Source: Eledone cirrhosa (Eukaryota). From it: DNA of 64,000 nucleotides. Within the stretch, counting starts at the first letter, position 1. Every line of letters begins with the position of its first letter. Below, one piece after another: positions 22,801 to 37,800 of this stretch. The stretch lies in assembly GCA_964016885.1 (NCBI GenBank), contig OZ024740.1, forward strand, positions 407,154,001-407,218,000, written 5' to 3'. Position numbers and translations under genes: made by a program. The notes under the pieces were generated by a model. That model saw only the letters and a program-made list of their open reading frames with translations, ran no database searches and had not been told where the DNA came from.

Positions 22801-25800
22801 ACACTAGATAGCAATGTGGCCCACTGACACGACACTGAATAGCAATGTGGCCCACTGAAAAGACACTAGATAGCAATGTGGCCCACTGACAAGACACTGA
22901 ATAGCAATGTGGCCCACTGACAAGACACTACATAGCAATGTGGGCGACTGAGGAGACACTAAATAACAATGTGGCCCACTGACAAGACACTTCATAGCAA
23001 TGTGGCCCACTGCGAGACCCTGAATAGCAATGTGGCCCACTGACAAGACACTTCATAGCAATGTGGCCCACTGCAAGACCCTACATAGCAATGTGGCCCA
23101 CTGACAAGACACTGAATAGCAATGTGGCCCACTGACAAGACACTACATAGCAATGTGGCCCACTGAGAAGACACTGCATAGCAATGTGACCCACTGACAA
23201 GACACTACATAGCAATGTGGCCCACTGATAAGACACTGAATAGCAATGTGGCCCACTGACAAGACACTGAATAGCAATGTGGCCCACTGACAAGATGTTG
23301 AATAGCAATGTGGCCCACTGACAAGACACTACATAGCAATGTGGCCCACTGACAAGATGTTGAATAGCAATTTGGCCCAATGACAAGACACTACATAGCA
23401 ATGTGGCTCACTGACAAGATGCTGAATAGCAATGTGGCCCACTGACAAGACACTACGTAGCAATGTGGCCCACTGACAAGACACTGCATAGCAATGTGGC
23501 TCACTGACAAGACACAACATAGCAATGTGGCACACTGACAAGACACTACATAGCAATGTGGCCCACTGACAAGACACTACATAACAATGTGGCCCACTGA
23601 CAAGACACTACATAACAAAGTGGCTCACTGACAAGACACTCCATAGCAATGTGGCCCACTGACAAGACACTGAATAGCAATGGGGCCCACTGACAAGACA
23701 CTGCATAGCAATGTGGCCCACTGACAAGACACTGAATAGCAATGTGGCCCACTGACAAGACACTGCATAGCAATGTGGCCCACTGACAAGACACTGAATA
23801 GCAATGGGGCCCACTGACAAGACACTACATCGCAATGTGGCCCACTGACAAGACACTACATAGCAATGTGGCCCACTGACAAGTCACTACATAGCAATGT
23901 GGCCCACTGACAAGACACTGAATAGCAACGTGGCCCACTGACAAGACACTGAATAGCAATGTGGCCCACTGACAAGACACTGAATAGTAATGTGGCCCAC
24001 AGACAAGACACTGAATAGCAATGTGGCCCACTGACAAGATGCTGAATAGCAATGTGACACACTGACAAGACACTGCATAGCAATGTTGCTTACTTACAAG
24101 ACACTACATAGCAATGTGACCCACTGAAGAGACACTACATAGCAATGTGACAAGGCACTGAATAGGAATGTGGCTCACTGAGAAGACACTGAATAGCAAT
24201 GTGGGTCACTGACGAGACACTGAATAGCAATGTGGCCCACTGACAAGACACTACATAGTAATGTGGCCCACTGACAAGACATTGAATAGCAATAGTGGCT
24301 CACTGACAAGACACTACATAGCAATGTGGCCAACAGACAAGACACTACATAGCAATGTGGCCCACTGACAAGACACTGAATAGCAATGTGGCCCATTGAC
24401 AAGACACTACATAGCAATGTGGCCTGCTGACAAGACACTGAATAGCAATGTGGCCCACTGACAAGACACTGAATAGCAATGTGGCCCACTGACAAGATGC
24501 TGAATAGCAATGTGACACACTGACAAGACACTACATAGCAATGTGGCCCACTGACAAGACACTACATAGCAATGTGGCCCACTGACAAGACACTACATAA
24601 CAATGTGGCCCACTGACAAGACACTACATAACAATGTGGCCCACTGACAAGAGACTACATAACAATGTGGCCCACTGACAAGACACTACATAGCAATGTG
24701 GCCCACTGACAAGACACTGAATAGCAATGTGGCCCACTGAGAAGACACCGAATAGCAATGTGGCCCACTGAGAAGACACTGAATAGCAATGTGGCCCACT
24801 GAGAAGACACTGAATAGCAATGTGGCCCACTGACAAGACACTGAATAGCAATGTGGCTCACTGACAATATACTACATAGCAATGTGGCCCACTGACAAGA
24901 CACTTCATAGCAATGTGGCCCACTGCGAGACCCTACATAGCAATGTGGCCCACTGACAAGACACTGAATAGCAATGTGGCCCACTGACAAGACACTACAT
25001 AGCAATGTGGCCCACTGAGAAGACACTGCATAGCAATGTGACCCACTGACAAGACACTACATAGCAATGTGGCCCACTGATAAGACACTGAATAGCAATG
25101 TGGCCCACTGACAAGACACTGCATAGCAATGTGGCCCACTGACAAGACACTACATAACAATGTGGCCCACTGACAAGATGTTGAATAGCAATGTGGCCCA
25201 CTGACAAGACACTACATAGCAATGTGGCCCACTGACAAGACACTGCATAGCAACGTGGCCCAATGACAAGACACTACATAGCAATGTGGCCCACTGACAA
25301 GATGCTGAATAGCAATGTGGCCCACTGACAAGACACTACATAGCAATGTGGCCCACTGACAAGACACTGCATAGCAATGTGGCTCACTGACAAGACACAA
25401 CATAGCAATGTGGCCCACTGACAAGACACTACATAACATTGTGGCCCACTGAGAAGACACTACATAACAAAGTGGCTCACTGACAAGACACTTCATAGCA
25501 ATGTGGCCCACTGACAAGACACTACATAGCAATGTGGCCCACTGACAAGACACTACATAACAATGTGGCCCACTGACAAGACACTACATAACAAAGTGGC
25601 TCACTGACAAGACACTCCATAGCAATGTGGGTCACTGACAAGACACTACATAGCAATGAGGCTCACTGACAAGACACTGAATAGCAATGTGGCCCACTGA
25701 CAAGACACTGAATAGCAATGTGGCCCACTGACAAGACACTGCATAGCAATGTGGCCCATTGACAAGACACTGAATAGCAATGGGGCCCACTGACAAGACA

Positions 25801-28800
25801 CTGAATAGCAATGTGGCTCACTGACAATATACTACATAGCAATTTGGCCCACTGACAAGTCACTACATAGCAATGTGGCCCACTGACAAGACACTACATA
25901 ACAAAGTGGCTCACTGACAAGACACTCCATAGCAATGTGGGTCACTGACAAGACACTACATAGCAATGTGGCTCACTGACAAGACACTGAATAGCAATGT
26001 GGCCCACTGACAAGACACTGAATAGTAATGTGGCCCACTGACAAGACACTGAATAGCAATGTGGCCCACTGACAAGACACTGAATTGTAATGTGGCCCAC
26101 TGACAAGACACTGAATAGCAATGTGGCCCACAGACAAGACACTGAATAGCAATGTGGCCCACTGACAAGACACTGACTAGCAATGTGGCTTACTTACAAG
26201 ACACTGAATAGCAATGTGGCCCACTGACAAGACACTGACTAGCAATGTGGCTTACTTACAAGACACTGAATAGCAATGTGACCCACTGAAGAGACACTAC
26301 ATAGCAATGTGGCCCACTGACAAGGCACTGAATAGCAATGTGGCTCACTGACAACACACTGAATAGCAATGTGGCCCACTGACAAGACACTGAATAGCAA
26401 TGTGGGTCACTGGCGAGACACTGAATAGCAATGTGGCCCACTGACAAGACACTACATAGCAATGTGGCCCACTGACAAGACATTGAATAGCAATAGTGGC
26501 TCACTGACAAGACACTGAATAGCAATGTGGCCCACTGACAAGACACTGAATAGCAATGTGGGTCACTGACAAGACACTACATAGCAATGTGGCCAACGGA
26601 CAAGACACTACATAGCAATGTGGCCAACAGACAAGACACTACATAGCAATGTGGCCCACTGACAAGACACTGAATAGCAATGTGGCCCATTGACAAGACA
26701 CTACATAGCAATGTGGCCTGCTGACAAGACACTGAATAGCAATGTGGCCCACTGACAAGACACTGAATAGCAATGTGGCCCACTGACAAGATGCTGAATA
26801 GCAATGTGACACACTGACAAGACACTGCATAGCAATGTGGCTCACTGACAAGACACTACATAGCAATGTGGCCCACTGACAAGACACTACATAACAATGT
26901 GGCCCACTGACAAGACACTACATAGCAATGTGGCCCACTGACAAGATGTTGAATAGCAACGTGGCCCAATGACAAGACACTACATAGCAATGTGGCCCAC
27001 TGACAAGATGCTGAATAGCAATGTGGCCCACTGACAAGACACTACATAGCAATGTGGCCCACTGACAAGACACTGCATAGCAATGTGGCTCACTGACAAG
27101 ACACTTCATAGCAATGTGGCCCACTGACAAGACACTACATAGCAATGTGGCCCACTGACAAGACACTACATAACAATGTGGCCCACTGACAAGACACTAC
27201 ATAACAAAGTGGCTCACTGACAAGACACTCCATAGCAATGTGGGTCACTGACAAGACACTACATAGCAATGAGGCTCACTGACAAGACACTGAATAGCAA
27301 TGTGGCCCACTGACAAGACACTGAATAGCAATGTGGCCCACTGACAAGACACTGCATAGCAATGTGGCCCATTGACAAGACACTGAATAGCAATGGGGCC
27401 CACTGACAAGACACTGAATAGCAATGTGGCTCACTGACAATATACTACATAGCAATTTGACCCACTGACAAGTCACTACATAGCAATGTGGCCCACTGAC
27501 AAGACACTACATAACAAAGTGGCTCACTGACAAGACACTCCATAGCAATGTGGGTCACTGACAAGACACTACATAGCAATGTGGCTCACTGACAAGACAC
27601 TGAATAGCAATGTGGCCCACTGACAAGACACTGAATAGTAATGTGGCCCACTGACAAGACACTGAATAGCAATGTGGCCCACTGACAAGACACTGAATTG
27701 TAATGTGGCCCACTGACAAGACACTGAATAGCAATGTGGCCCACAGACAAGACACTGAATAGCAATGTGGCCCACTGACAAGACACTGACTAGCAATGTG
27801 GCTTACTTACAAGACACTGAATAGCAATGTGGCCCACTGACAAGACACTGACTAGCAATGTGGCTTACATACAAGACACTGAATAGCAATGTGACCCACT
27901 GAAGAGACACTACATAGCAATGTGGCCCACTGACAAGGCACTGAATAGCAATGTGGCTCACTGACAACACACTGAATAGCAATGTGGCCCACTGACAAGA
28001 CACTGAATAGCAATGTGGGTCACTGGCGAGACACTGAATAGCAATGTGGCCCACTGACAAGACACTACATAGCAATGTGGCCCACTGACAAGACATTGAA
28101 TAGCAATAGTGGCTCACTGACAAGACACTGAATAGCAATGTGGCCCACTGACAAGACACTGAATAGCAATGTGGGTCACTGACAAGACACTACATAGCAA
28201 TGTGGCCAACGGACAAGACACTACATAGCAATGTGGCCAACAGACAAGACACTACATAGCAATGTGGCCCACTGACAAGACACTGAATAGCAATGTGGCC
28301 CATTGACAAGACACTACATAGCAATGTGGCCTGCTGACAAGACACTGAATAGCAATGTGGCCCACTGACAAGACACTGAATAGCAATGTGGCCCACTGAC
28401 AAGATGCTGAATAGCAATGTGACACACTGACAAGACACTGCATAGCAATGTGGCTCACTGACAAGACACTACATAGCAATGTGGCCCACTGACAAGACAC
28501 TACATAACAATGTGGCCCACTGACAAGACACTACATAACAATGTGGCCCACTGACAAGACACTACATAGCAATGAGGCCCACTGACAAGACACTGAATAG
28601 CAATGTGGCCCACTGATAAGACACTGAATAGCAATGTGGCCCACTGACAAGACACTGAATAGCAATGTGGCCAACTGACAAGACACTGAACAGCAATGTG
28701 GCTCACTGACAATATACTACATAGCAATGTGGCCCACTGACAAGACGCTACATAGCAATGTGGCCCACTGACAAGACACTGAATAGCAATGTGGCCCACT

Positions 28801-31800
28801 GACAAGACACTGAATAGCAATGTGACCCACTGACAAGACACTACATTGCAATGTGGCCCACTGACAAGACACTGAATAGCAATGTGGCCCACAGAGAAGA
28901 CACTACATAGCAATGTGGCCCACTGACAAGACCGTACATAGCAATGTGACACACTGACAAGACACTGGATAGCAATGTGGCCAACTGACAAGACACTACA
29001 TAGCAATGTGGCCCACTGACAAGACACTGAATAGCAATGTGGCCGATTGACAAGACACTACATAGCAATGTGGCCTGCTGACAAGACACTGAATCGCAAT
29101 GTGGCCCACTGACAAGACACTGAATAGCAATGTGGCCCACTGACAAGACACTACATAGCAATGTGGCCCACTGACAAGACACTCAATAGCAATGTGGCCC
29201 ACTGACAAGACACTGAATAGCAATGTGGCCCACTGACAAGACACTACATAGCAATGTGGCCCACTGACAAGACACTACATAACAATGTGGCCCACTGACA
29301 AGACACTACATAACAATGTGGCCCACTGACAAGACACTACATAGCAATGTGTCCCACTGACAAGACACTGAATAGCAATGTGGCCCACTGACAAGACACT
29401 GCATAGCAATGTGGCCCACTGACAAGACACTACATAGCAATGTGGCCCACTGACAAGACACTACATAGCAATGTGTGTCACTGACAAGACACTGAATAGC
29501 AATGTGGCCCACTGATAAGACACTACATAGCAATGTGGGTCACTGACAAGACACTGAATAGCAATGTGGCCCACTGACAAGACACTACATAGCAATGTGG
29601 CCCACTGACAAGACACTGAATTGCAATGGGGCCACTGATAAGACACTGAATAGCAATGTGTCCCACTGATAAGACACTAAATAGCAATGTGTCCCACTGA
29701 CAAGACACTATGTCGCAACGTGGCCCACTGGCAAGACACTGATTAGCAATGTGGCCCACTGACAAGACACTGAATAGCAATGTGGCTCACTGACAATACA
29801 CTACATAGCAATGTGGCCCACTGAGAAGACACTGCATAGCAATGTGGGCCACTGACAAGACACTGAATAGCAATGTGGCTCACTGACAAGACACTACATA
29901 GCAATGTGGCCCACTGACAAGATGCTGAATAGCAATGTGGCCCACTGACAAGACACTACATAGCAATGTGGTCCACTGACAAGACACTGAATAGCAATGT
30001 GGGTCACTGATAAGACACTGAATAGCAATGTGGCCCACTGACAAGACACTGAATAGCAATGTGGCCCACTGACAAGACACTAGATAGCAATGTGGCCCAC
30101 TGACAAGACACTGAATAGCAATGTGGCCAACAGACAAGACACTACATAGGAATGTGGCCCACTGAGGAGACACTAAATAGCAATGTGGCCCACTGACAAG
30201 ACACTGCATAGCAATGTGGCCCACTGCAAGACACTGAATAGCAATGTGGCCCACTGACAAGACACTGAATAGCAATGTGGCTCACTGACAAGACATTGAA
30301 TAGCAATGTGGCTCACTGACAAGACACTACATAGCAATGTGGCCCACTGACAAGACAGTACATAGCAATGTGGCCCACTGACAAGACACTACATAGCAAT
30401 GTGGTCCACTGACAAGACACTGAATAGCAATGTGGGTCACTGACAAGACACTGAATAGCAATGTGGCCCACTGACAAGACACTGAATAGCAATGTGGTCC
30501 ACTGACAAGACACTAGATAGCAATGTGGCCCACTGACAAGACACTGAATAGCAATGTGGCCAACAGACAAGACACTACATAGCAATGTGGCCCACTGAGG
30601 AGACACTAAATAGCAATGTGGCCCACTGACAAGACACTGCATAGCAATGTGGCCCACTGCAAGACACTGAATAGCAATGTGGCCCACTGACAAGACACTA
30701 CATAGCAATGTGGCCCACTGACAAGACACTGAATAGCAATGTGGCCCACTGACAAGACACTGAATAGCAATGTGGCCCACTGACAAGACACTGCATAGCA
30801 ATGTGGCCCACTGGCAAGACACTACATAGCAATGTGGCCCACTGACAAGACACTACATAGCAATGTGGGTCACTGACAAGATGCTGAATAGCAATGTGGC
30901 CCACTGACAAGACACTACATAGCAATGTGGCCCACTGACAAGACACTGCATAGCAATGTGGCCTACTGACAAGACACTGAATAGCAATGTGGCCCACTGA
31001 CAAGACACTACATAGCAATGTGGCCCACTGACAAGACACTACATAGCAATGTGGCCCACTGACAAGACACTACATAGCAATGTGGCCCACTGACAAGACA
31101 CTACATAGCAATGTGGCCCACTGACAAGACACTACATAACAATGTGGCCCACTGACAAGACACTACATAGCAATGTGTCCCACTGACACGACACTGAATA
31201 GCAATGTGGCCCACTGATAAGACACTGAATAGCAATGTGGCCCACTGATAAGACACTAAATAGCAATGTGGCCCACTGACAAGACACTACATAGCAATGT
31301 GGGTCACTGACAAGATGCTGAATAGCAATGTGGCCCACTGACAAGACACTACATAGCAATGTGGCCCACTGATAAGACACTGAATAGCAATGTGGCCCAC
31401 TGACAAGACACTGAATAGCAATGTGGCCCACTGACAAGACACTGCATAGCAATGTGGCCCACTGACAAGACACTACATAGCAATGTGGCCCACTGACAAG
31501 ATGTTGAATAGCAATGTGGCCTACTGACAAGACACTACATAGCAATGTGGCCCACTGACAAGATGCTGAATAGCAATGTGGCCCACTGACAAGACACTAC
31601 ATAGCAATGTGGCCCACTGACAAGACACTGAATAGCAATGTGGCCCACTGACAAGACACTGAATAGCAATGTGGCCCACTAACAAGACACTACATAGCAA
31701 TGTGGCTCACTGACAAGACACTGAATAGCAATGTGACAGACTGACAAGACACTGAATAGCAATGTGGCCCACTGACAAGACACTGAATAGCAATGTGACA

Positions 31801-34800
31801 GACTGACAAGACACTGAATAGCAATGTGACAGACTGACAAGACACTGAAAAGCAATGTGGCTCACTGACAAGATACTACATAGCAATGTGGCCGAGAGAC
31901 AAGACACGAAATAGCTATGTGGTCCACTGACAAGACGCTACATAGCAATGTGGCCCACTGACAAGACACTACATAGCAATGTGGCCCACTGACAAGACAC
32001 AGAATAGCAATGTGGCCTACTGACAAGACACTGAATAGCAATGTGGCTCACTGACAAGATACTACATAGCAATGTGGCCGAGAGACAAGACACGGAATAG
32101 CAATATGGCCCACTGACAAGACACTACATAGCAATGTGGCCCACTGACAAGACACTACCTAGCAATGTGACCCACTGACAAGACACTGAATAGCAATGTG
32201 GCCCACTGACAAGACACTGAATAGCAATGTGGCCCACTAATAAGACACTACATAGCAATGTGGCTCACTGACAAGACACTGAATAGCAATGTGGCTCACT
32301 GACAAGATACTACATAGCAATGTGGCCGAGAGACAAGACACTGAATAGCAATGTGGCCCACAGACAAGACACTGAATAGCAATGTGGCCCACTGACAAGA
32401 CACTGAATAGCAATGTGGACCACTGACAAGACACTGAATAGTAATATGGCCCACTGAGAAGACACTGAATAGCAATGTGGCCCACTGACAAAACACTACA
32501 TAGCAATGTAGCCCACTGACAAGACACTACATAGCAATGTGGCCCACTGACAAGACACTGAATAGCAATGTGGCCCACTGACAAGACACTACATAGCAAT
32601 GTGGCCCACTGACAAGACACTACATAGCAATCTGGCCCACTGACAAGACACTACATAGCAATGTGGCCCACTGACAAGACACTACATAACAATGTGGCCC
32701 ACTGACAAGACACTACATAACAATGTGGCCCACTGACAAGACACTACATAGCAATGTGTCCCACTGACAAGACACTGAATAGCAATGTGGCCCACTGACA
32801 AGACACTGAATAGCAATGGGGCCCACTGACAAGGCACTACATAGCAATGTGGCCCACTGACAAGACACTGAATAGCAATGTGGCCCACTGATAAGACACT
32901 ACATAGCAATATGGCCCACTGATAAGACACTGAATAGCAATGTGGCCCACTGACAAGACACTACATAGCAATGTGGCCCACAGACAAGAAACTGAATAGC
33001 AATGTGGCCCACTGACAAGACACTGAATAGCAATGTGGCCCACTGACATGACACTACATAGCAATGTGGCCCACTGGCAAGACACTGATTAGCAATGTGG
33101 CCCACTGACAAAACACTGAATAGCAATGTGGCTCACTGACAAGACACTACATAACAATGTGGCCCACTGACAAGACACTGAATAGCAATGTGGCCCACTG
33201 ACAAGACACTACATAGCAATATGGCCCACCGACAAGACACTACATAGCAATGTGGCCCACTGACAAGATGTTGAATAGCAATGTGGCCCACTGACAAGAC
33301 ACTGCATAGCAATGTGGCCCACTGCAAGACACTGAACAGCAATGTGGCCCACTGACAAGACACTACATAGCAATGTGGCCCACTGACAAGACACTGAATA
33401 GCAATGTGGCCCACTGACAAGACACTGAACAGCAATGTGGCCCACTGACAAGACACTGCATAGCAATGTGGCCCACTGGCAAGACACTACATAGCAATGT
33501 GGCCCACTGACAAGACACTACATAGCAATGTGGCCCACTGACAAGACACTACATAGCAATGTGGCCCACTGATAAGACACTACATAACAATGTGGCCCAC
33601 TGACAAGACACTACATAGCAATGTGGCCCACTGATAAGACACTGAATAGCAATGTGGCCTACTGACAAGACACTGAATAGCAATGTGGCCCACTGACAAG
33701 ACACTGCATAGCAATGTGGCCCACTGACAAGACACTACATAGCAATGTGGCCCACTGACAAGATGTTGAATAGCAATGTGGCCTACTGACAAGACACTAC
33801 ATAGCAATATGGCCCACTGACAAGATGCTGAATAGCAATGTGGCACACTGACAAGACACTACATAGCAATGTGGCCCACTGACAAGACACTGAATAGCAA
33901 TGTGGCCCACTGACAAGACACTGAATAGCAATGTGGCCCACTGACAAGACACTGAATAGCAATGTGGCCCACTAACAAGACACTACATAGCAATGTGGCT
34001 CACTGACAAGACACTGAATAGCAATGTGACAGACTGACAAGACACTGAATAGCAATGTGACAGACTGACAAGACACTACATAGCAATGTGGCTCACTGAC
34101 AAGACACTGAATAGCAATGTGACAGACTGACAAGACACTGAATAGCAATGTGACACACTGACAAGACACTGAATAGCAAAGTGGCTCACTGACAAGATAC
34201 TACATAGCAACGTGGCCGAGAGACAAGACACGGAATAGCTATGTGGTCCACTGACAAGACGCTACATAGCAATGTGGCCCACTGACAAGACACTACATAG
34301 CAATGTGGCCCACTGACAAGACACAGAATAGCAATGTGGCCTACTGACAAGACACTGAATAGCAATGTGGCTCACTGACAAGATACTACATAGCAATGTG
34401 GCCGAGAGACAAGACACGGAATAGCAATGTGGCCCACTGACAAGACGCTACATAGCAATGTGGCCCACTGACAAGACACTACCTAGCAATGTGACCCACT
34501 GACAAGACACTGAATAGCAATGTGGCCCACTGACAAGACACTGAATAGCAATGTGGCCCACTAACAAGACACTACATAGCAATGTGGCTCACTGACAAGA
34601 CACTGAATAGCAATGTGGCTCACTGACAAGATACTCCATAGCAATGTGGCCGAGAGACAAGACACTGAATAGCAATGTGGCCCAAAGACAAGACACTGAA
34701 TAGCAATGTGGCCCACTGACAAGACACTGAATAGCAATGTGGCCCACTGACAAGACACTGAATAGCAATATGGCCCACTGAGAAGACACTGAATAGCAAT

Positions 34801-37800
34801 GTGGCCCACTGACAAAACACTACATAGCAATGTAGCCCACTGACAAGACACTACATAGCAATGTGGCCCACTGACAAGACACTGAATAGCAATGTGGCCC
34901 ACTGACAAGACACTACATAGCAATATGGCCCACTGACAAGACACTACATAGCAATCTGGCCCACTGACAAGACACTACATAGCAATGTGGCCCACTGACA
35001 AGACACTACATAACAATGTGGCCCACTGACAAGACACTACATAACAATGTGGCCCACTGACAAGACACTACATAGCAATGTGTCCCACTGACAAGACACT
35101 GAATAGCAATGTGGCCCACTGACAAGACACTGAATAGCAATGGGGCCCACTGACAAGACAGTGAATAGCAATGTGGCCCACTGACAAGACACTGAATAGC
35201 AATGTGGCCCACTGACAAGACACTACATAGCAATATGGCCCACTGACAAGTCACTGAATAGCAATGTGGCCCACTGATAAGACACTAAATAGCAATGGGG
35301 CCCACTGATAAGACACTGAATAGCAATGGGGCCCACTGATAAGACACTGAATAGCAATGTGGCCCACTGACAAGACACTACATAGCAATGTGGCCCACAG
35401 ACAAGAAACTGAATAGCAATGTGGCCCACTGACAAGACACTGAATAGCAATGTGGCCCACTGACATGACACTACATAGCAATGTGGCCCACTGGCAAGAC
35501 ACTGATTAGCAATGTGGCCCACTGACAAGATGCTGAATAGCAATGTGACACACTGACAAGACACTGCATAGCAATGTGGCTCACTGACAAGACACTACAT
35601 AGCAATGTGGCCCACTGACAAGACACTACATAACAATGTGGCCCACTGACAAGAGACTACATAACAATGTGACCCACTGACAAGACACTACATAACAATG
35701 TGGCCCACTGACAAGACACTACATAGCAATGAGGCCCACTGACAAGACACTGAATAGCAATGTGGCCCACTGACAAGACACTGAATAGCAATGTGGCCCA
35801 CTGACAAGACACTGAATAGCAATGTGGCCCACTGACAAGACACTGAATAGCAATGTGGTCCACTAACAAGACACTACATAGCAATGTGGCTCACTGACAA
35901 GACACTGAATAGCAATGTGACAGACTGACAAGACACTGAATAGCAATGTGACAGACTGACAAGACACTACATAGCAATGTGGCTCACTGACAAGACACTG
36001 AATAGCAATGTGACAGACTGACAAGACACTGAATAGCAATGTGACACACTGACAAGACACTGAATAGCAAAGTGGCTCACTGACAAGATACTACATAGCA
36101 ACGTGGCCGAGAGACAAGACACGGAATAGCAATGTGGCCCACTGACAAGACACTACATAGCAATGTGGCCCACTGACAAGACACAGAATAGCAATGTGGC
36201 CTACTGACAAGACACTGAATAGCAATGTGGCTCACTGACAAGATACTACATAGCAATGTGGCCGAGAGAAAAGACACGGAATAGCAATGTGGCCCACTGA
36301 CAAGACGCTACATAGCAATGTGGCCCACTGACAAGACACTACCTAGCAATGTGACCCACTGACAAGACACTGAATAGCAATGTGGCCCACTGACAAGACA
36401 CTGAATAGCAATGTGGCCCACTAACAAGACACTACATAGCAATGTGGCTCACTGACAAGACACTGAATAGCAATGTGGCTCACTGACAAGATACTACATA
36501 GCAATGTGGCCGAGAGACAAGACACTGAATAGCAATGTGGCCCAAAGACAAGACACTGAATAGCAATGTGGCCCACTGACAAGACACTGAATAGCAATGT
36601 GGCCCACTGACAAGACACTGAATAGCAATATGGCCCACTGAGAAGACACTGAATAGCAATGTGGCCCACTGACAAAACACTACATAGCAATGTAGCCCAC
36701 TGACAAGACACTACATAGCAATGTGGCCCACTGACAAGACACTACATAACAATGTGGCCCACTGACAAGACACTACATAACAATGTGGCCCACTGACAAG
36801 ACACTACATAGCAATTTGTCCCACTGACAAGACACTGAATAGCAATGTGGCCCACTGACAAGACACTGAATAGCAATGGGGCCCACTGACAAGACAGTGA
36901 ATAGCAATGTGGCCCACTGACAAGACACTGAATAGCAATGTGGCCCACTGACAAGACACTACATAGCAATATGGCCCACTGACAAGTCACTGAATAGCAA
37001 TGTGGCCCACTGATAAGACACTAAATAGCAATGGGGCCCACTGATAAGACACTGAATAGCAAAGGGGCCCACTGATAAGACACTGAATAGCAATGTGGCC
37101 CACTGACAAGACACTACATAGCAATGTGGCCCACAGACAAGAAACTGAATAGCAATGTGGCCCACTGACAAGACACTGAATAGCAATGTGGCCCACTGAC
37201 ATGACACTACATAGCAATGTGGCTCACTGGCAAGACACTGATTAGCAATGTGGCCCACTGACAAGATGCTGAATAGCAATGTGACACACTGACAAGACAC
37301 TGCATAGCAATGTGGCTCACTGACAAGACACTACATAGCAATGTGGCCCACTGACAAGACACTACATAACAATGTGGCCCACTGACAAGACACTACATAA
37401 CAATGTGACCCACTGACAAGACACTACATAACAATGTGGCCCACTGACAAGACACTACATAGCAATGAGGCCCACTGACAAGACACTGAATAGCAATGTG
37501 GCCCACTGATAAGACACTGAATAGCAATGTGGCCCACTGACAAGACACTGAATAGCAATGTGGCCCACTGAAATGACACTACATAGCAATGTGGCCCACT
37601 GGCAAGACACTGATTAGCAATGTGGCCCACTGACAAGATGCTGAATAGCAATGTGACACACTGACAAGACACTGCATAGCAATGTGGCTCACTGACAAGA
37701 CACTACATAGCAATGTGGCCCACTGACAAGACGCTACATAGCAACGTGGCCCACTGACAAGACACTGAATAGCAATGTGACCCACTGACATGACACTACA

